Assembly: GCA_951406725.2 (NCBI GenBank)
Contig: OX597825.1
Span: forward strand, 30,008,001 to 30,072,000
Direction of reading: 5' to 3'
DNA from: Octopus vulgaris
Lineage: Eukaryota
Length of the DNA: 64,000 nucleotides
The notes beneath the pieces are model-generated. The model was given only the letters and a program-made list of their open reading frames with translations, was not told where the DNA came from and ran no database searches. How positions within the stretch are numbered: position 1 is the stretch's first letter; every line of letters begins with the position of its first letter. A program made the position numbers and the translations under genes. This document shows positions 41,045-54,129 of the stretch, one piece after another.

Positions 41045-41640
41045 TCATCATCATCATCACCATTTAATGTCCACTTTCCATGCTAGCATGGTTGGATGAT
41101 TTGACTAAGGACTGGCAAACCAGATGGCTGCACCAGGTTCCAATCTTGATCTGGCAGAGTTTCTACAGCTGGATGCCCTTCCTAACGCCAACCACTCCAA
41201 GAGTGTAGTGGGTGCTTTTACGTGTCACCTGCATAGGAGCCAGTCCAGGAGCACTGGCAGCAACCTTGCTCGAATGTTTTTCACGTGTCACTGGCACAAC
41301 TGCCAGTAATGCGATGCTTGTAATGATCATGCTCGAATGGTGCTTTTTATGTGTCACTGGCATGGAAGCCAGTTAGCCACTCTGGCAACGATCACACTCG
41401 GATGGTGCTCTTAGCGCTCCACTAGCATGGATGCCAGTCATCAAATTTGATTTCAATTTCACTTGCCTCAACAGGTCTTTGCAAGTAGAGTTTAGTGTCC
41501 CATGAAGGAAAGGTATGCATAAGTGGGCTGGTTACACCCCTGACATAGGCCATGAGGTTATGGTCTCATTTGGCTTGCTGGGTCTTCTCAAGCACACCAT
41601 ATTTCCAAAAGTCTTGGTCACTAGTCATTGCCTCAGCAAA
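41045..41640 (-). mobile_element. RTE LINE 3' UTR
   Basis: Matches 48841-49520. Confidence 0.85.
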
Positions 41641-43381
41641 TGAAAGATGGAAGATGGAATATATGAGAGTATATTATTAATCATGACAATTGTTTCGACA
41701 CTTCTAGCATCAACCCAGATGTCTCTCTGGCTGATAAATAGAGAACATCTCATTGAAATAAGTTCTGCAATGTATCCTCTCATTTCATAGAAAATTGATG
41801 CAGGAAAACAAAGGAAATATCTTCATTTACATAGAAGATCAAAAATAAAATTACAGCTAAGAAAAAGAAATGAATATGCAATACAGTGAGAAAAGTATTA
41901 AAAATAACCATTAACAAATATGGATGGACTAATGCCCTGATGCAAGCTGCATAGCATAAGTACACATGCTCATACATGCATCTGCAAAAATGTAAGCATA
42001 TGCACACATGTGGTTTGTTGCACTCACGATCACAAAGAGAGTAAACTAGCTTCTTGGTATTTATATGAACTTAATTCATCTGTATCTCAAAGTAAATTGT
42101 GTTAATAGTTACTCAAATTCATTCCCACTGCCTAGTATATGTATTTATATGCACGTAGGCATCTTGAGTGTCTTTCAAAAATTCTATTAATGGTCTTCTC
42201 ATTAGTCCACAGAATAGACAGGGATTCCTCAAAGCGGAAATGGCATCTCCTGGAAATGACATTGTATGTTAACTTGCTTTCTTGTTGAGATCATCTGGTG
42301 CTGTATTTTGTTTCCTTTTGATTGTTGCAAGTTCACTGTGAGGGCCAATTAGTAAGTGTGGCAACATATTGGACTGTTGGTAGTAGGAGAAAAGACAGTT
42401 GTAGTAGCTGCAATAGCTGAGATTCCAAGTGACTAGCAGTAGTCTTTAATCTCACTAGTAGTAGGGGAGGAGTTTTCTTATTGCAATTGTCCATGTATAA
42501 CCTAGCAGTAGTCGTCATGGTGGCCCCACTAAGGGCTGCAGTGTTGCTGGTGGTGCTTATTGCCTCCCTTACTTGATAGGGACATATGTACCTCTGAGTG
42601 TGTGTGTGTGTAGCAAATAGCTTTCTAGATTTTTAGTCAAGGTTTGAAACTCAGTCCAGATTTTTCTGAGTTTCTTCTTTATTGCTCTTGGCATTTGCAT
42701 AAGGAAATTTATGACATTCAGCTGTCACATACAGATAAGTTCAGTTCTTGAATTGACCATTTCAAGTCAAACTGAAGTCAAGGCAAATAACAGAGGAAAA
42801 ATCCATTGTTTAGCCTGACCTAGTTTAGTTAGGAGAAAATATAAATACAGAACCTAAGTTTAGTCCTTCCTCATTCTATTTCGTGCCAGCAGAAGAAACA
42901 CCTCATGCAAGGGGCTACACATCTTTTATCCTTACTAATTGTTAACCCAGAGAGGTAGATTCCTTTACTTTTTCTCTCTCTTCCTTCCATCCAGTCTCCT
43001 AGCAGTCAATAAAAAATTAACTTAACCACCTACCAAATGGGTAACAGAACTGCAACTTGTTGTACAATTACAGCTCAAAGGAGTTGTATCTTATATTGTA
43101 ATAAAATAAAGGTAATTAAAACTAGTATTTTTCTTCCACTTATTTATTTGCTGCTAATTAAGAACACATACTAATTAAGAGCACTCACACAAAAATTAAG
43201 AGCACTCACACAAACACACACACACACGCACACACACACATACTTAAATTGTATTTATATATGTATCAACATACGTGAATTTTTTCAGCATGTATTACTG
43301 GTGTTAGAGATAGGTATGCAACAGGTAAAGCGTGAAACTTAGGTAGCAACTATAGTTCTGAAGAGTTCTTAAAAGGTACAC

Positions 43382-43432
<51 letters not shown>

Positions 43433-43754
43433 CACACACACACAAGTGCATACACACATGTGCACTTTGCACACACATATATATATCTATGTACACACAC
43501 ATACACATGCAAATATTTCATGAATAAATTAACCAAGAACATTTTTCAAGGAGCAGAAATCCAAAGACAGAATAGTACAAGAGGCTTATAATAAATTGTA
43601 ATAAATGTGTATATTTATGTATATTAGATATGTTGATGATGACGGCGGCAATGATGACAAAGACGACGATGATGACAAAAATGATGACAATGACAACGAT
43701 GATGATACCATAAATCTGTCAGATTTTAAAATGTAAAACTTGTTTGAATATTAC

Positions 43755-43774
43755 TTGCTTTCGGGCGAGCCTCT
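43755..43774 (-). CDS. Candidate 20-nt microexon (ERLARKQ), or last exon if read through to TGA at 43719 (ERLARKQVIFKQVLHFKI*)
   Basis: gacttaccttttgtatgtatag|AGAGGCTCGCCCGAAAGCAA|gtaata, a CpG-containing island in AT-rich DNA, in frame with the 63867-63885 exon. Confidence 0.35.
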
Positions 43775-43935
43775 CTATACATACAAAAGGTAAGTCTTTA
43801 CATCTACAAAACATTTATACTTCTGCACAACATGTGTATGCTTTCAAACAATTAAGCCACAGTTAATGCAGTTATACACAAGTCCAGTGATACATATATA
43901 CATACATATATATATATATACATATATATACATAT

Positions 43936-43984
<49 letters not shown>

Positions 43985-44041
43985 TATAAATATATAGTTA
44001 TATAAAAATAGAAATTTATATATATATATATATCTGTATGC

Positions 44042-44075
<34 letters not shown>

Positions 44076-44100
44076 ATGTATATATATATCTGTATGCATG

Positions 44101-44170
<70 letters not shown>

Positions 44171-44745
44171 GTACGTATATATATATGTGTGTATGTATAT
44201 GTATATATATATATGTTTATATATATATAAAATATATATAAAAAACAAAATGGGACAAGAACGCAAGACATTCAAATACTGTAACATCATTTATACACAA
44301 ACACACATAGACACTGCAAAGAAAATATATAAACCTATGATTCATATACACATATACGACCTTATATATATATAAATGTTAAATATATTATATATATATA
44401 TATTAATATGGGTTTTTATAATGTCTATAATGAGTACACACTCAAAATATATTAGCCTCATCTTACAGTTATATAAACATAAGTATATAAGTGTTCAATA
44501 TCATGTCTGTCTGTCTCCCTCTCTCTCTCTCTCTTTTGTATATATATATATATATATACAAACACACATATATACATATATAATATACATAGATATATAC
44601 ATATATATATATATACATACATACATAGAGATAGATAGATAGATAGATATATAAATAGATAGATAGATATAGATATATATATATATATGCACACAAACAT
44701 ACATTTACATATATCACCAGAATATTAATGATCTAAAACCTCCCA

Positions 44746-44759
44746 GTTGTCATGGCAAC
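44746..44759. promoter_or_regulatory. RFX X-box-like palindrome GTTGTCATGGCAAC
   Basis: 13/14 match to GTTGCCATGGCAAC in unique sequence. Confidence 0.3.
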
Positions 44760-45080
44760 AACAGTAACCAAGAAATTAAGTCAGTATATCATTGATGATG
44801 AACTGTTTCAATTTTCCATTTAATTCAATTTTAAACATAATACAAGGATTTTCAATATTTATATAAATATACAATACTTTATTTCTCCGTTTCTGTCTTT
44901 ATCACTTCTATCATCTGTACTCACCGTCTCACTTTCTCTCAGCAATCTTCCCCCACCTCATACTCTCTCTCTCTCTCCTCCTCTCTTAGCGCTTTGCTAC
45001 TCAATGATATCTCTATTTATTGATGAATATAAATGTGGAGCAACCTATTTTCATATATATATATATGTATATATATACTT

Positions 45081-45114
<34 letters not shown>

Positions 45115-45439
45115 ATATATTTTATATATATATATATATATAACAAAGGGAGAAGCTGACTAATTTTAGACAGCCAAGAAGATTCTGATGAATTGAAATG
45201 TAGAAATGAAATTTAAGCCGATTTATTGAAAAAAATTATATAGAAGCTGCTGCTAAATTTTGATGATCAATCATTAATACAAAGCTAGATTAAAAATACA
45301 TTCTACGCAAAGAATAATGATGATGATGATGATGACAATATCGATGCTGACGATGACGGCAGTGGTGGTAGTGGTGGTAGTGGTGGTGTTGGTGGTGGTG
45401 ATGATGACGATAATGCCAATGAAAAAGAAAATCATGATT

Positions 45440-45678
45440 TTATCGTGGCCATTGCCAGTACCACCTGACTGGCCCTCATGCCAGTGGCATGTAAAAGCAC
45501 CCACTACACTCTCGGAGTGGTTGGCGTTAGGAAGGGCATCCAGCTGTAGAAACTCTGCCAGATCAAGATTGGAGCCTGGTGCGGCCATCTGGTTCACCAG
45601 TCCTCAGTCAAATCATCCAACCCATGCTAGCATGGAAAGCGGACGTTAAACGATGATGATGATGATGATGATGATGAT
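45440..45678 (+). mobile_element. RTE LINE 3' end
   Basis: Conserved 3' UTR followed by (GAT)n. Confidence 0.85.
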
Positions 45679-46267
45679 GCCAACATAGGTAGACAAAATT
45701 TGGGGATAGAACTGTTTCTGTTGATCAGCCAAGTATTTCTGCAGTGCTTTCTCAAGTTGGATCCAGGTTTGCCATTCACTTTCACCAATCATGTTGCAAT
45801 CTTTGTACACTCACTGACTTCATTTTTCACAAAAACTGCATTTGTCCTTGATTTTATATCCTGGACTGACTTTGTGACAGTGGGTCAAAGTGTGAAAAAT
45901 GCTACATTTTTCATCCCTTTCCCTTGTATAAAGCTTAGTAAAATTATGAAAAGCTGATTTTGTGCAGAGATCTTAATTGCAGTAAGACTTCAGTCAGAAA
46001 TGGGGATATGTTTTGCCTGCGACAGAGAAAATGCAAAAGGAGGTTTAGGATGATTCTGTTCTGCTGATACAGAATCTTAAGCACAACATTTGCAAATTGC
46101 ATGCATATTACATGATATCACTACAACTAGCAATTCAGCATCTTAATTGATATGATATGAAATATATTTATAATCTGGATTTATTTTTAGTGACCACACC
46201 AAGCTAATTTTATCTAGCATTGGTCATCCATACATTGTATATATAAGTAGGTATACTTAGAGTTGAA

Positions 46268-46496
46268 GGCGGCGAGCTGGCAGAAACGTTAGCAGGCCGG
46301 GCGAAATGCTTAGCGGTATTTCGTCTGCCGCTACATTCTGAGTTCAAATTCCGCCGAGGTCGACTTTGCCTTTCATCCTTTCGGGGTCGATTAAATAAAT
46401 ACCAGTTACGCACTGGGGTCGATATAATCGACTTAATGCGTTTGTCTGTCCTTGTTTGTCCCCTCTGTGTTTAGCCCCTTGTGGGTAGTAAAGAAA
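46268..46496 (+). mobile_element. SINE family 3 with ~21-bp TSD
   Basis: TAGGTATACTTAGAGTTGAAG at 46248-46268 and 46497-46517. Confidence 0.92.
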
Positions 46497-46609
46497 TAGG
46501 TATACTTAGAGTTGAAGCATTGGTGAAACCATGATATTTTGGTGATCCAATGAGCTTGCCTTCTTTATCTGCACTCATTTGTAAATATACTATTCTATTG
46601 TATAATAGT

Positions 46610-47005
46610 GTCACGGAGGCAATGACCAAGACCTTTGATACACCTTGCAAGTGCTGGGCCACATGGAGGCAAAGTGGCTGAGCTCCTTATGAGTGTTGGG
46701 CCTCACAGAGACAATGACCAAGACCTTTGGCATTATGTTGTGCTTGAGAAGAAGAACCATCAAACCTAGCAAAATTGCAGTCATGGCAGATACTAGTGTC
46801 ACACAAATGGCATCCATACTGGTGGCACATATAAGCACCCATTACACACTCGGAGTGGTTGGCATGAGGAAGAGCATCAAGCCATAGAAACCATGCCAAA
46901 TCAGACTGGAGTCCAGTGCAGCCTTCCAACATGCCAGCCCCAGTCAAACCGTCCAACCCATGCCAGCATAGACAATGGACATAAGATAATGATGATGATG
47001 ATGAT
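46610..47005 (+). mobile_element. RTE LINE 3' end with a duplicated 5' junction
   Basis: caatgaccaagacctttg occurs twice; conserved tail. Confidence 0.75.
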
Positions 47006-47320
47006 ATGTAATGCATATATTTCCTCATCATCCTTTGACAACTATTCTCCATGCTTGGATTGCCATACTGGCATGAGTCAGATGGAATTTGTTGAAACAG
47101 ATTTCATACAACTGGATGCCTTTCCTATCACCAATTCTCACCTCTTTCCAAGCCAAAGTATAAAATTTCCCCACAGCTGGATATGTTGCCATTTGCATGA
47201 TGGTGAAATTCATTTACAGCTATCACATAAGTCAAGAGTAGAAGACACTCATATACATGCATACATGCATTTAGACTCACACAAACACACACACACATAT
47301 ATATATATACACATGCAAAC

Positions 47321-47728
47321 TCTTTACTCTTTTACTTGTTTCAGTCATTTGACTGTGGCCATGCTGGAGCACCACCTTTAGTCGAGCAAATCGACCCCAG
47401 GACTTAATCTTTGGATGTCTAGTACTTATTCTATCAGTCTCTCTTGCCGAACCGCTAAGTTACGGGTATGTAAACACACCACCATCAGTTGTCAAGTGAT
47501 GCTGGGGGGACAAACAGACACACAAACATATACACACACATACATATATATATACACATATATATGACGGGCTTCTTTCAGTTTTCGTCTACCAAATCCA
47601 CTCACTAGGCTTCGGTTAGCCTGAGGCTGTAATAGAAGACATTTGCCTAAGGTGCCATGCAGCGGGACTGAACCCGGAACCATGTGGTTGATAAGCAAGC
47701 TACTTACCACACAGCCATTCCTACGCCT
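47321..47728 (-). mobile_element. SINE family 2, full length
   Basis: Same structure as 11289-11692. Confidence 0.9.
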
Positions 47729-47769
47729 ATTTTGTATATATATATAAAGGGTAAAAAAAAAGGGCAAAA

Positions 47770-48105
47770 ACCTCTTTCAGTCAGGAATGACTATGTGATT
47801 GCGCATAGAAAGTTCCCCATCGTGGCACAAGTCTGAGCAAGATTATTTTGTGGAAGACTAGCAGTCACCCAGGCATATCAGTCAGCCTCCCCCTCTCCAT
47901 GCCACTGATGTTGTTCAAGGGAAAGGCAAAGGCCAATACAGCTTGGCACCATTGACATTAAAACTTATCGTAACAGTTAAGTGAACTGGAGCAATGTGAA
48001 ATAAAGTGTCTTTCTCAAGAACACAACATACAGCCTGGTCTGGGAATTGAACTCACAACCTCACGATTGAAAGCCAAACATTTTAGCCACTGAGCCATGC
48101 ATCTT
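47770..48105 (-). mobile_element. SINE family 4 variant
   Basis: tRNA-like head and tgtgttcttgagaaagacactttatttcacattgctccag core, shared with 58052-58372 and 39445-39600. Confidence 0.7.
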
Positions 48106-48140
48106 TTCACTCACAAGGATTTGGCTGACCCAAGGCTATA

Positions 48141-48435
48141 GTTGTTTGTTTGTTCCTTCTCGAGCCATACCTGGCTCATAAGGGCCAGTTTCCCAATTTC
48201 CTTCGCATATAGGTCCCCAGCCTGGACAGGATGCCAGTCCGTCACAGGGGAGCTGCAGGATGCAAGGGGTAAGAGTGAGAGAAAGTTGTGGCGAAAGAGT
48301 CAGCAGAAGTTCATCATTACCTTCTGCTGGAGCCGTGTGGAGCTTAGGTTTTTCACTGATAAACACATACATCGCCTGGTCTGAGATTCGAGCCCGTGAT
48401 CCCTCGACCGCGATTCCGCTGCTCTAACCACTAGG
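48141..48435 (-). mobile_element. SINE family 1 variant nested in a family-2 remnant
   Basis: Matches 33380-33715; flanked by an AGGCTATAG direct repeat. Confidence 0.85.
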
Positions 48436-48840
48436 CTATAGGGGAAGACATTTGCCCAACATATCACTCACTGCGATTGAAGGAAACTGCTTACTGCACA
48501 GTCATGCACATGAGATTGCTATGTACTATACTCAATGATCTTAATGATCATTGTATTTATAAAGCAATTAAATATATTAGATTTATTAGATACATGGGAG
48601 AGTCATAAACGTCTTGTGTATTCATTATACAACCTCATTGTTGATAGCTAAAGAAAGATCAGCTGGACCACACCAGTCATTGTTTATTAAGCTTCATTAT
48701 CAATCAAACACCATCTGCTGAAAATCACTGGGGAACTATATTTATAGGGTTTGTTGTTATAATTATAACTGAGTCAAAGAGGTTAATTTACATACAAACA
48801 TACATACATAGATAAATACATATATACACACATATATATA

Positions 48841-49692
48841 TCATCATCATCATCATCATCATCATCATCGTTTAGCGTCCGTTTTCCATGCTAGCATGGG
48901 TTGGACGGTTCTACTGGGGTCTGTGAAGCCAGAAGGCTTCATCAGGCCCAGTCAAATCTGGCAGTGTTTCTACGGCTGGATGCCCTTCCTAACGCCAACC
49001 ACTCCGTGAGTGTAGTGGGTGCTTTTTACGTGCCACCCGCACAGGTGCCAGACAGAGCTGGCAAACGGCCATGAATGGATGGTGCTTTTTATGTGCCACC
49101 GGCACGAGGGCCAGGCGAGGCTGGCAACGGACACGAAATGGGGCGGTGCTGGCAACGGTCGCAAAACGGAAGGTTCTCTTACATGCCACCGGCACTGGTA
49201 ACACATCTGCAATTTCCATTGATCGATTTCCATTCTGATCCTCACTTGCCTCAACGGGTCTTCACAAGTAGAGTTTCGACATGCCACCAGCACTGGTAAC
49301 ACATCTGCAATTTCCATTGATCGATTTCGATTCTGATCCTCACTTGCCTCAACAGGTCTTCACAAGTAGAGTTTTGTGTCCCAAGAAGGGAAGGTATGCA
49401 TACGTAGGCTGGCTCCATCCCATGTAGAAGGCCACGGGTTATGGACTCACTTGTCCTGCCGGGTCTTCTCGCGCACAGCACACTTCCAGAGGACTCAGTC
49501 TCTAGTCATTTCCTCAGTGAGACCTAAAGTTCGAAGGTCGTGCTTCACCACCTCGTCCCAGGTTTTCCTGGGTCTGCCTCTTCCACAGGTTCCCTCAACC
49601 GCTAGGGTGTGGCACTTTTTCACACAACTATCTTCATCCATTCTCGCCACATGACCATACCAGCGCAAACGTCTCTCTTGCACACCACAACT
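48841..49692 (-). mobile_element. 5'-truncated RTE-clade LINE (ORF C-terminus, 3' UTR and (GAT)n tail)
   Basis: ERRLRWYGHVARMDEDSCVKKCHTLAVEGTCGRGRPRKTWDEVVKHDL; 98-bp tandem duplication at 49181-49376. Confidence 0.92.
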
Positions 49693-49754
49693 GATATATA
49701 TATATATATACACACTCCTACACAGATATACATCTCCTACACATATATACATCT

Positions 49755-49922
49755 CCTACACTCACGGAGTGGTTGGTGTTAGGAACGGCACCCAGCTGTA
49801 GAAACACTGCCAAATCAGACTGGAGCCTGGTGCAGCTTCCATGGCTTACCAGACCCCGGTCAAACCGTCCAACCCATGCTAGCATGGAAAACGGACGTTA
49901 AATGATGATGATGATGATGATG
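49755..49922 (+). mobile_element. RTE LINE 3' end, inverted relative to the 48841 copy
   Basis: Reverse complement of about 48860-49017. Confidence 0.85.
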
Positions 49923-50119
49923 ATATATATATTCACATACACACATAATGAAATGACACTCCCACAATGCCACACCATGTTTTAATAGATGACAAGCATC
50001 CAAAACACTCTCTAAAGTGGTTGGCATTGGGAAGGGCATCCAGATGGTGAAACCATGCCAAAACAGACAGTAGAACTTGGTGCAGTTCTTTCGCTGCCCA
50101 GCCCCTCTCAAACCATTCA

Positions 50120-50536
50120 ATGTTTCCAGACTGTCTTCATCAAGCTCTACAGATCTTCCATGAAGAGGCTCATTTTCTAGGCTGAAGTTTCTGGCTCACA
50201 TTTTCCAGAACCACCGTTGGCATTGGCTTATGCTTATTGTCCAATTTCCATATACTGCATTAATATTCCTTGCACTTTCCATTGCATTGTTGCCTTTATT
50301 GAACTAATAAGGCAAAATATGCCAAACATGCTCCTTTGTCACTTGCATTATAGTTTTGAAAAAATAACTGTTACAATCGAACTACACTCTTCAAACTTTG
50401 CACTAAGAATAAGAAGAAACTAAAATTACTACCTGCTTTTACAGCAAGTTGATGCAAGTAGTTTATCCCATCCCCCTCCAACTTTTAGTCCATGCAATTG
50501 AAAAAAACCACATTATTTATGTGATGACCCAGTATA
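50120..50536 (-). mobile_element. Mariner 5' fragment (TIR and HTH region)
   Basis: FNKGNNAMESARNINAVYGNWTISISQCQRWF..NFSLENEPLHGRSVELDED; TA-CTGGGTCATCAC terminus. Confidence 0.85.
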
Positions 50537-50798
50537 TACATACATACATACATGGTGGCTGCCCCCTCGTTATTGAGTCTGGCCATTGCACGAAGCTTAA
50601 TCAATGTTGTTACCGTGCAAGAAGATTTTTTTTAAAGTGAAGAAAGGCTGTGCACTGAGTCAATCCCACTCACTAAGCAACAACAGTCATAATCTGAAAA
50701 GAAGAACAAGTCAACATCATCGGTAACTACTGAGCCGCAGGTTTTATGTCGGAGTTATCCCAGTTACCTGAGTTACCTTCTCCTAGAAGGACACCCTA

Positions 50799-50833
<35 letters not shown>

Positions 50834-51220
50834 TGCAGTAGGATTCTGTTAAATCATCCATAAATTTTTGTGGTTAATACATATATGCTGGCAGCTGGAA
50901 TTGGCTGTACATGTGCCATTCACGTGATCCTCATTGAAGATGTCTATGGAACAGATGGAACAGATGAAACTAGATGTCTAGTCTGAGGACTTTCCGAATC
51001 AGCATGGGTGGTTGCTTCCCCTATCAGCATATATGTTTGTGCTCCTCCTACATCATCATTAACAGCATTTTAGCATTTTAACTCTTATTTCTAGCAATGT
51101 AGGTGTGTCAGTACCCTTAGTCACACTTAGTGATGAGAGAATATTTATGGTATCACACTGTGCATAGCTATTTATATTGTATATATATATATATACTATA
51201 ATATAATATAATATAATGTA

Positions 51221-51298
<78 letters not shown>

Positions 51299-51349
51299 GT
51301 ATATGTAAATACTTATGTGTATATATATATATATATACATATGCTTATG

Positions 51350-52052
51350 TGGGCACAGGACGTCACGAAATGAGTGCAACAAAAAAGTATGAAGCACGAT
51401 ACATGGAACATGAATAATTCTTTCGAACATAGAAAGACACAAATGGAAAACAAAACAAACAACATAAAGAACGACCCTTCATCAGTTGTTGGCTGTTTTT
51501 CTAGTCTTGTATTTTGCGCATTTAAGAACAATATATACATTTAAGAACAATATATAACAGTTGTTCCCACAAAGCAAATTAAATAAAATGTGGAATTTTG
51601 CAGAGGGTCAAAATTGGTAACACAAACAGGACAGTGAAAACAAACAAGAATGGATGCTAAGCCTAAACGAGGCTGCGGTGGCAAACACATAAATCAAGCT
51701 AGGACAGGAGACAGACAAGATCACGTTTTCCTTGTTCCAGCTAGAACAGAAAGAAAGATGGCCGATGGTCACGTGGGAGCCACGTGAGCAAGGGAGGAGG
51801 AATGAGGCAGAGAGAGTGACAGAGTAATAGGACAGAATAGTAGGAGAAGAGGAGGTAAAAGAATACGAGAGAGAAAAGAGTAAAAAGATTGTATAGAGTG
51901 CACATCAGGATTATTAAGATAAAACTTATTTGGAAGATGATGTGTGGCGTTCAATCACACAATATAAATAATATATATAAAGAATTATATATATATTATC
52001 ATATTATTATATGACAGAACGCCACGCATCCTCTTCCAAGTAAGCTTTACCT
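51350..52052. mobile_element. Probable PLE-derived fragment ending in a foldback (51919-52052)
   Basis: Minus-strand CTGATGAAGGG at about 51475-51485. aaaacttatttggaagatgatgtgtggcgttc pairs with gaacgccacgcatcctcttccaagtaagcttt. Confidence 0.5.
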
Positions 52053-52060
52053 ATATATAT

Positions 52061-52061
<1 letters not shown>

Positions 52062-52092
<31 letters not shown>

Positions 52093-52364
52093 TTAACGTC
52101 TGCTTTCCATGCTAGCATGGGTTGGACGATTTTGACTGAGGGCTGGCGAACTAGATGGTTGCACCAGTCTCCAATCTTGATTTGGCAGAGTTTCTACAGC
52201 TGGATGCCCTTCCTAATGCCAACCACTCCGAGAGTGTAGTGGGTGCTTTTCACGTGCCACTGGCCCCTGTGCCGGTGACACATAAAAAGCACCCACTACA
52301 CTCTCGGATTGATTGGCGTTAGGAAGGGCATTCAGCTGTAGAAACTCTGCTAAATCAAGATTGG
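52062..52364. mobile_element. RTE 3' end folded back on itself
   Basis: 52170-52263 is the reverse complement of 52270-52364. Confidence 0.85.
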
Positions 52365-52399
52365 ATATATATATATATACATATACATACATACATACA

Positions 52400-52433
<34 letters not shown>

Positions 52434-53589
52434 CATGTGTGTGTGTGCATGTGCATGTGTGTATACTAAATAAAGCTTAGTCCAGAAAATATGTGTAACT
52501 ATTTGGGGGATCTTAACCCTTCTAATTTCTAGGAGCAAAGGAATAAATAAAAGCAAAAGTACTCAGCACAAAAGTAGTGTTGGAAATTTTATGGCAATGT
52601 TATATTAAAATCATACAATCTGTAGAGAATGTTTACTTCCAAAGTAATGGATTACAATCTTTGCCCAACTTTCTAGCATTAGAATGGTGCAGCATCACAA
52701 ACAGAATTCATTAGAATGAATTCATTTATGAGAGATTTAATTTTATTTACTACAACCAATGTTATAGTAGATATTCCTCCATATTGAAAGCTTTTCAGAT
52801 TTAATCAGAACATGTTTCAGAATTAAATAGCGTGATATAGATTTAGGTTATGTCAACAGGGATATGCATACTTCCTTAGAAAGAAATGAATGTAGTTTCT
52901 CTTGAAAGAGCTCTCACTTCGAAGTTTTATTGGATATTACCCCTACCTTTGCGAAACACACTACTGCTTGAAATCTAATGTGATAACGTTTCTTTTGTAC
53001 AACAGGCGATCACAAGTTGCTATGGTATGTTTTTTTTTTAAACATAGCCATTTTAAATTAGCCTCAAGTTAAGGGAATTTGAAGACAAATATCAAGTATA
53101 TAGAAGTTAATTCAGCTCTTTATATTATTATCTCTTTCCTGTGAAAATAAAATAACTAACGATTTGCTGAAGGTTCAATGAATGTAATTTTGTGTACAAA
53201 ACAGCAATTAAATACATGCTTAAAAACGTGTGTGTGTGTGTGTGTGTGTGAACGCACATGTGCATGCATACACATACACACATACACATGAAGCCTTTGC
53301 ATTATGGAATTAATGGAACCTGAAAATCTGGCCATAACATGAAATTGTGTAATGGGATATTAATTTTCTTAATGATCTTCATATCATCAAATGAGATTGT
53401 GTTCCTACATGCTTTAAAAAAGAATAATAAAAGAAAAGAAAAGAAACACAAGAACACAACAGAGAACAAGGAACACGGTCACCTTCATACATGAAAATAT
53501 CTATTTCTTCTAAACCATCCATAGTACAGATACATGAAAACACAAAAAACATTTCAAGTGGAATAAGTTGGGGAATTAATAAGAAATAT

Positions 53590-54006
53590 ATTACTGTATG
53601 AATACCTTCTTAGCTCTAAAGATGTTGACAACTGTATGAGGGATGGAGATGGAACGGGCATTACTTGGAGGATTAGGGACAATATTTACTATCTTATTTC
53701 GTTTTTGGATTTGGTTTGCAAGATTTTTTATATGATTTCGTGTGTTGAAGCATATTCTGTTGTGTCTGAGGAGGGTCGTTTTCTTTTTGTACCTTATGAT
53801 GTAACACACTCACCGGTAAAATTTCCACTTTTTGCCCTATTTTTATTTTCCTAAAACTCTCGTTGCATCTTGCAACCTTTTCAAGAGTCAAAACTATTGA
53901 AAATTTTAGGAAAATAAAAATAAGGAAAAAAGTGGAAATTTTACTGGTGAGTGTGTTACATCATAAGGCACAAAAAGAAAATGACTCTACCCAGACACAA
54001 CAGAAT
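53590..54006. mobile_element. PLE-like terminal fragment with an inverted duplication (53754-53856 and 53903-54006)
   Basis: About 100-bp arms. The loop reads TTGAAAA-G-GTTGC-aagat-GCAAC-GAGA on the minus strand. Confidence 0.7.
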
Positions 54007-54129
54007 TTACTATCTTAGTTTACTGTCATAAATATCAGATTGAGATGTGAAGAACTTATCCTCAGTCGTTTGTTGTTTATAACACATCATCTCTTTGTAG
54101 AGATGAATTGAGCTCAGCTGTAGCCTCCT

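Noticed and set aside
42100-42260. Minus-strand exon after catttccag
   Set aside because: One frame (INRIFERHSRCLR) resembles a decayed RTE LINE, so it is more likely a TE relic.
53006-53024. Plus-strand 19-nt microexon (tttcttttgtacaacag|GCGATCACAAGTTGCTATG|gtatgt)
   Set aside because: The splice signals are plausible but no consistent plus-strand partner exons were found, so it is left uncalled.
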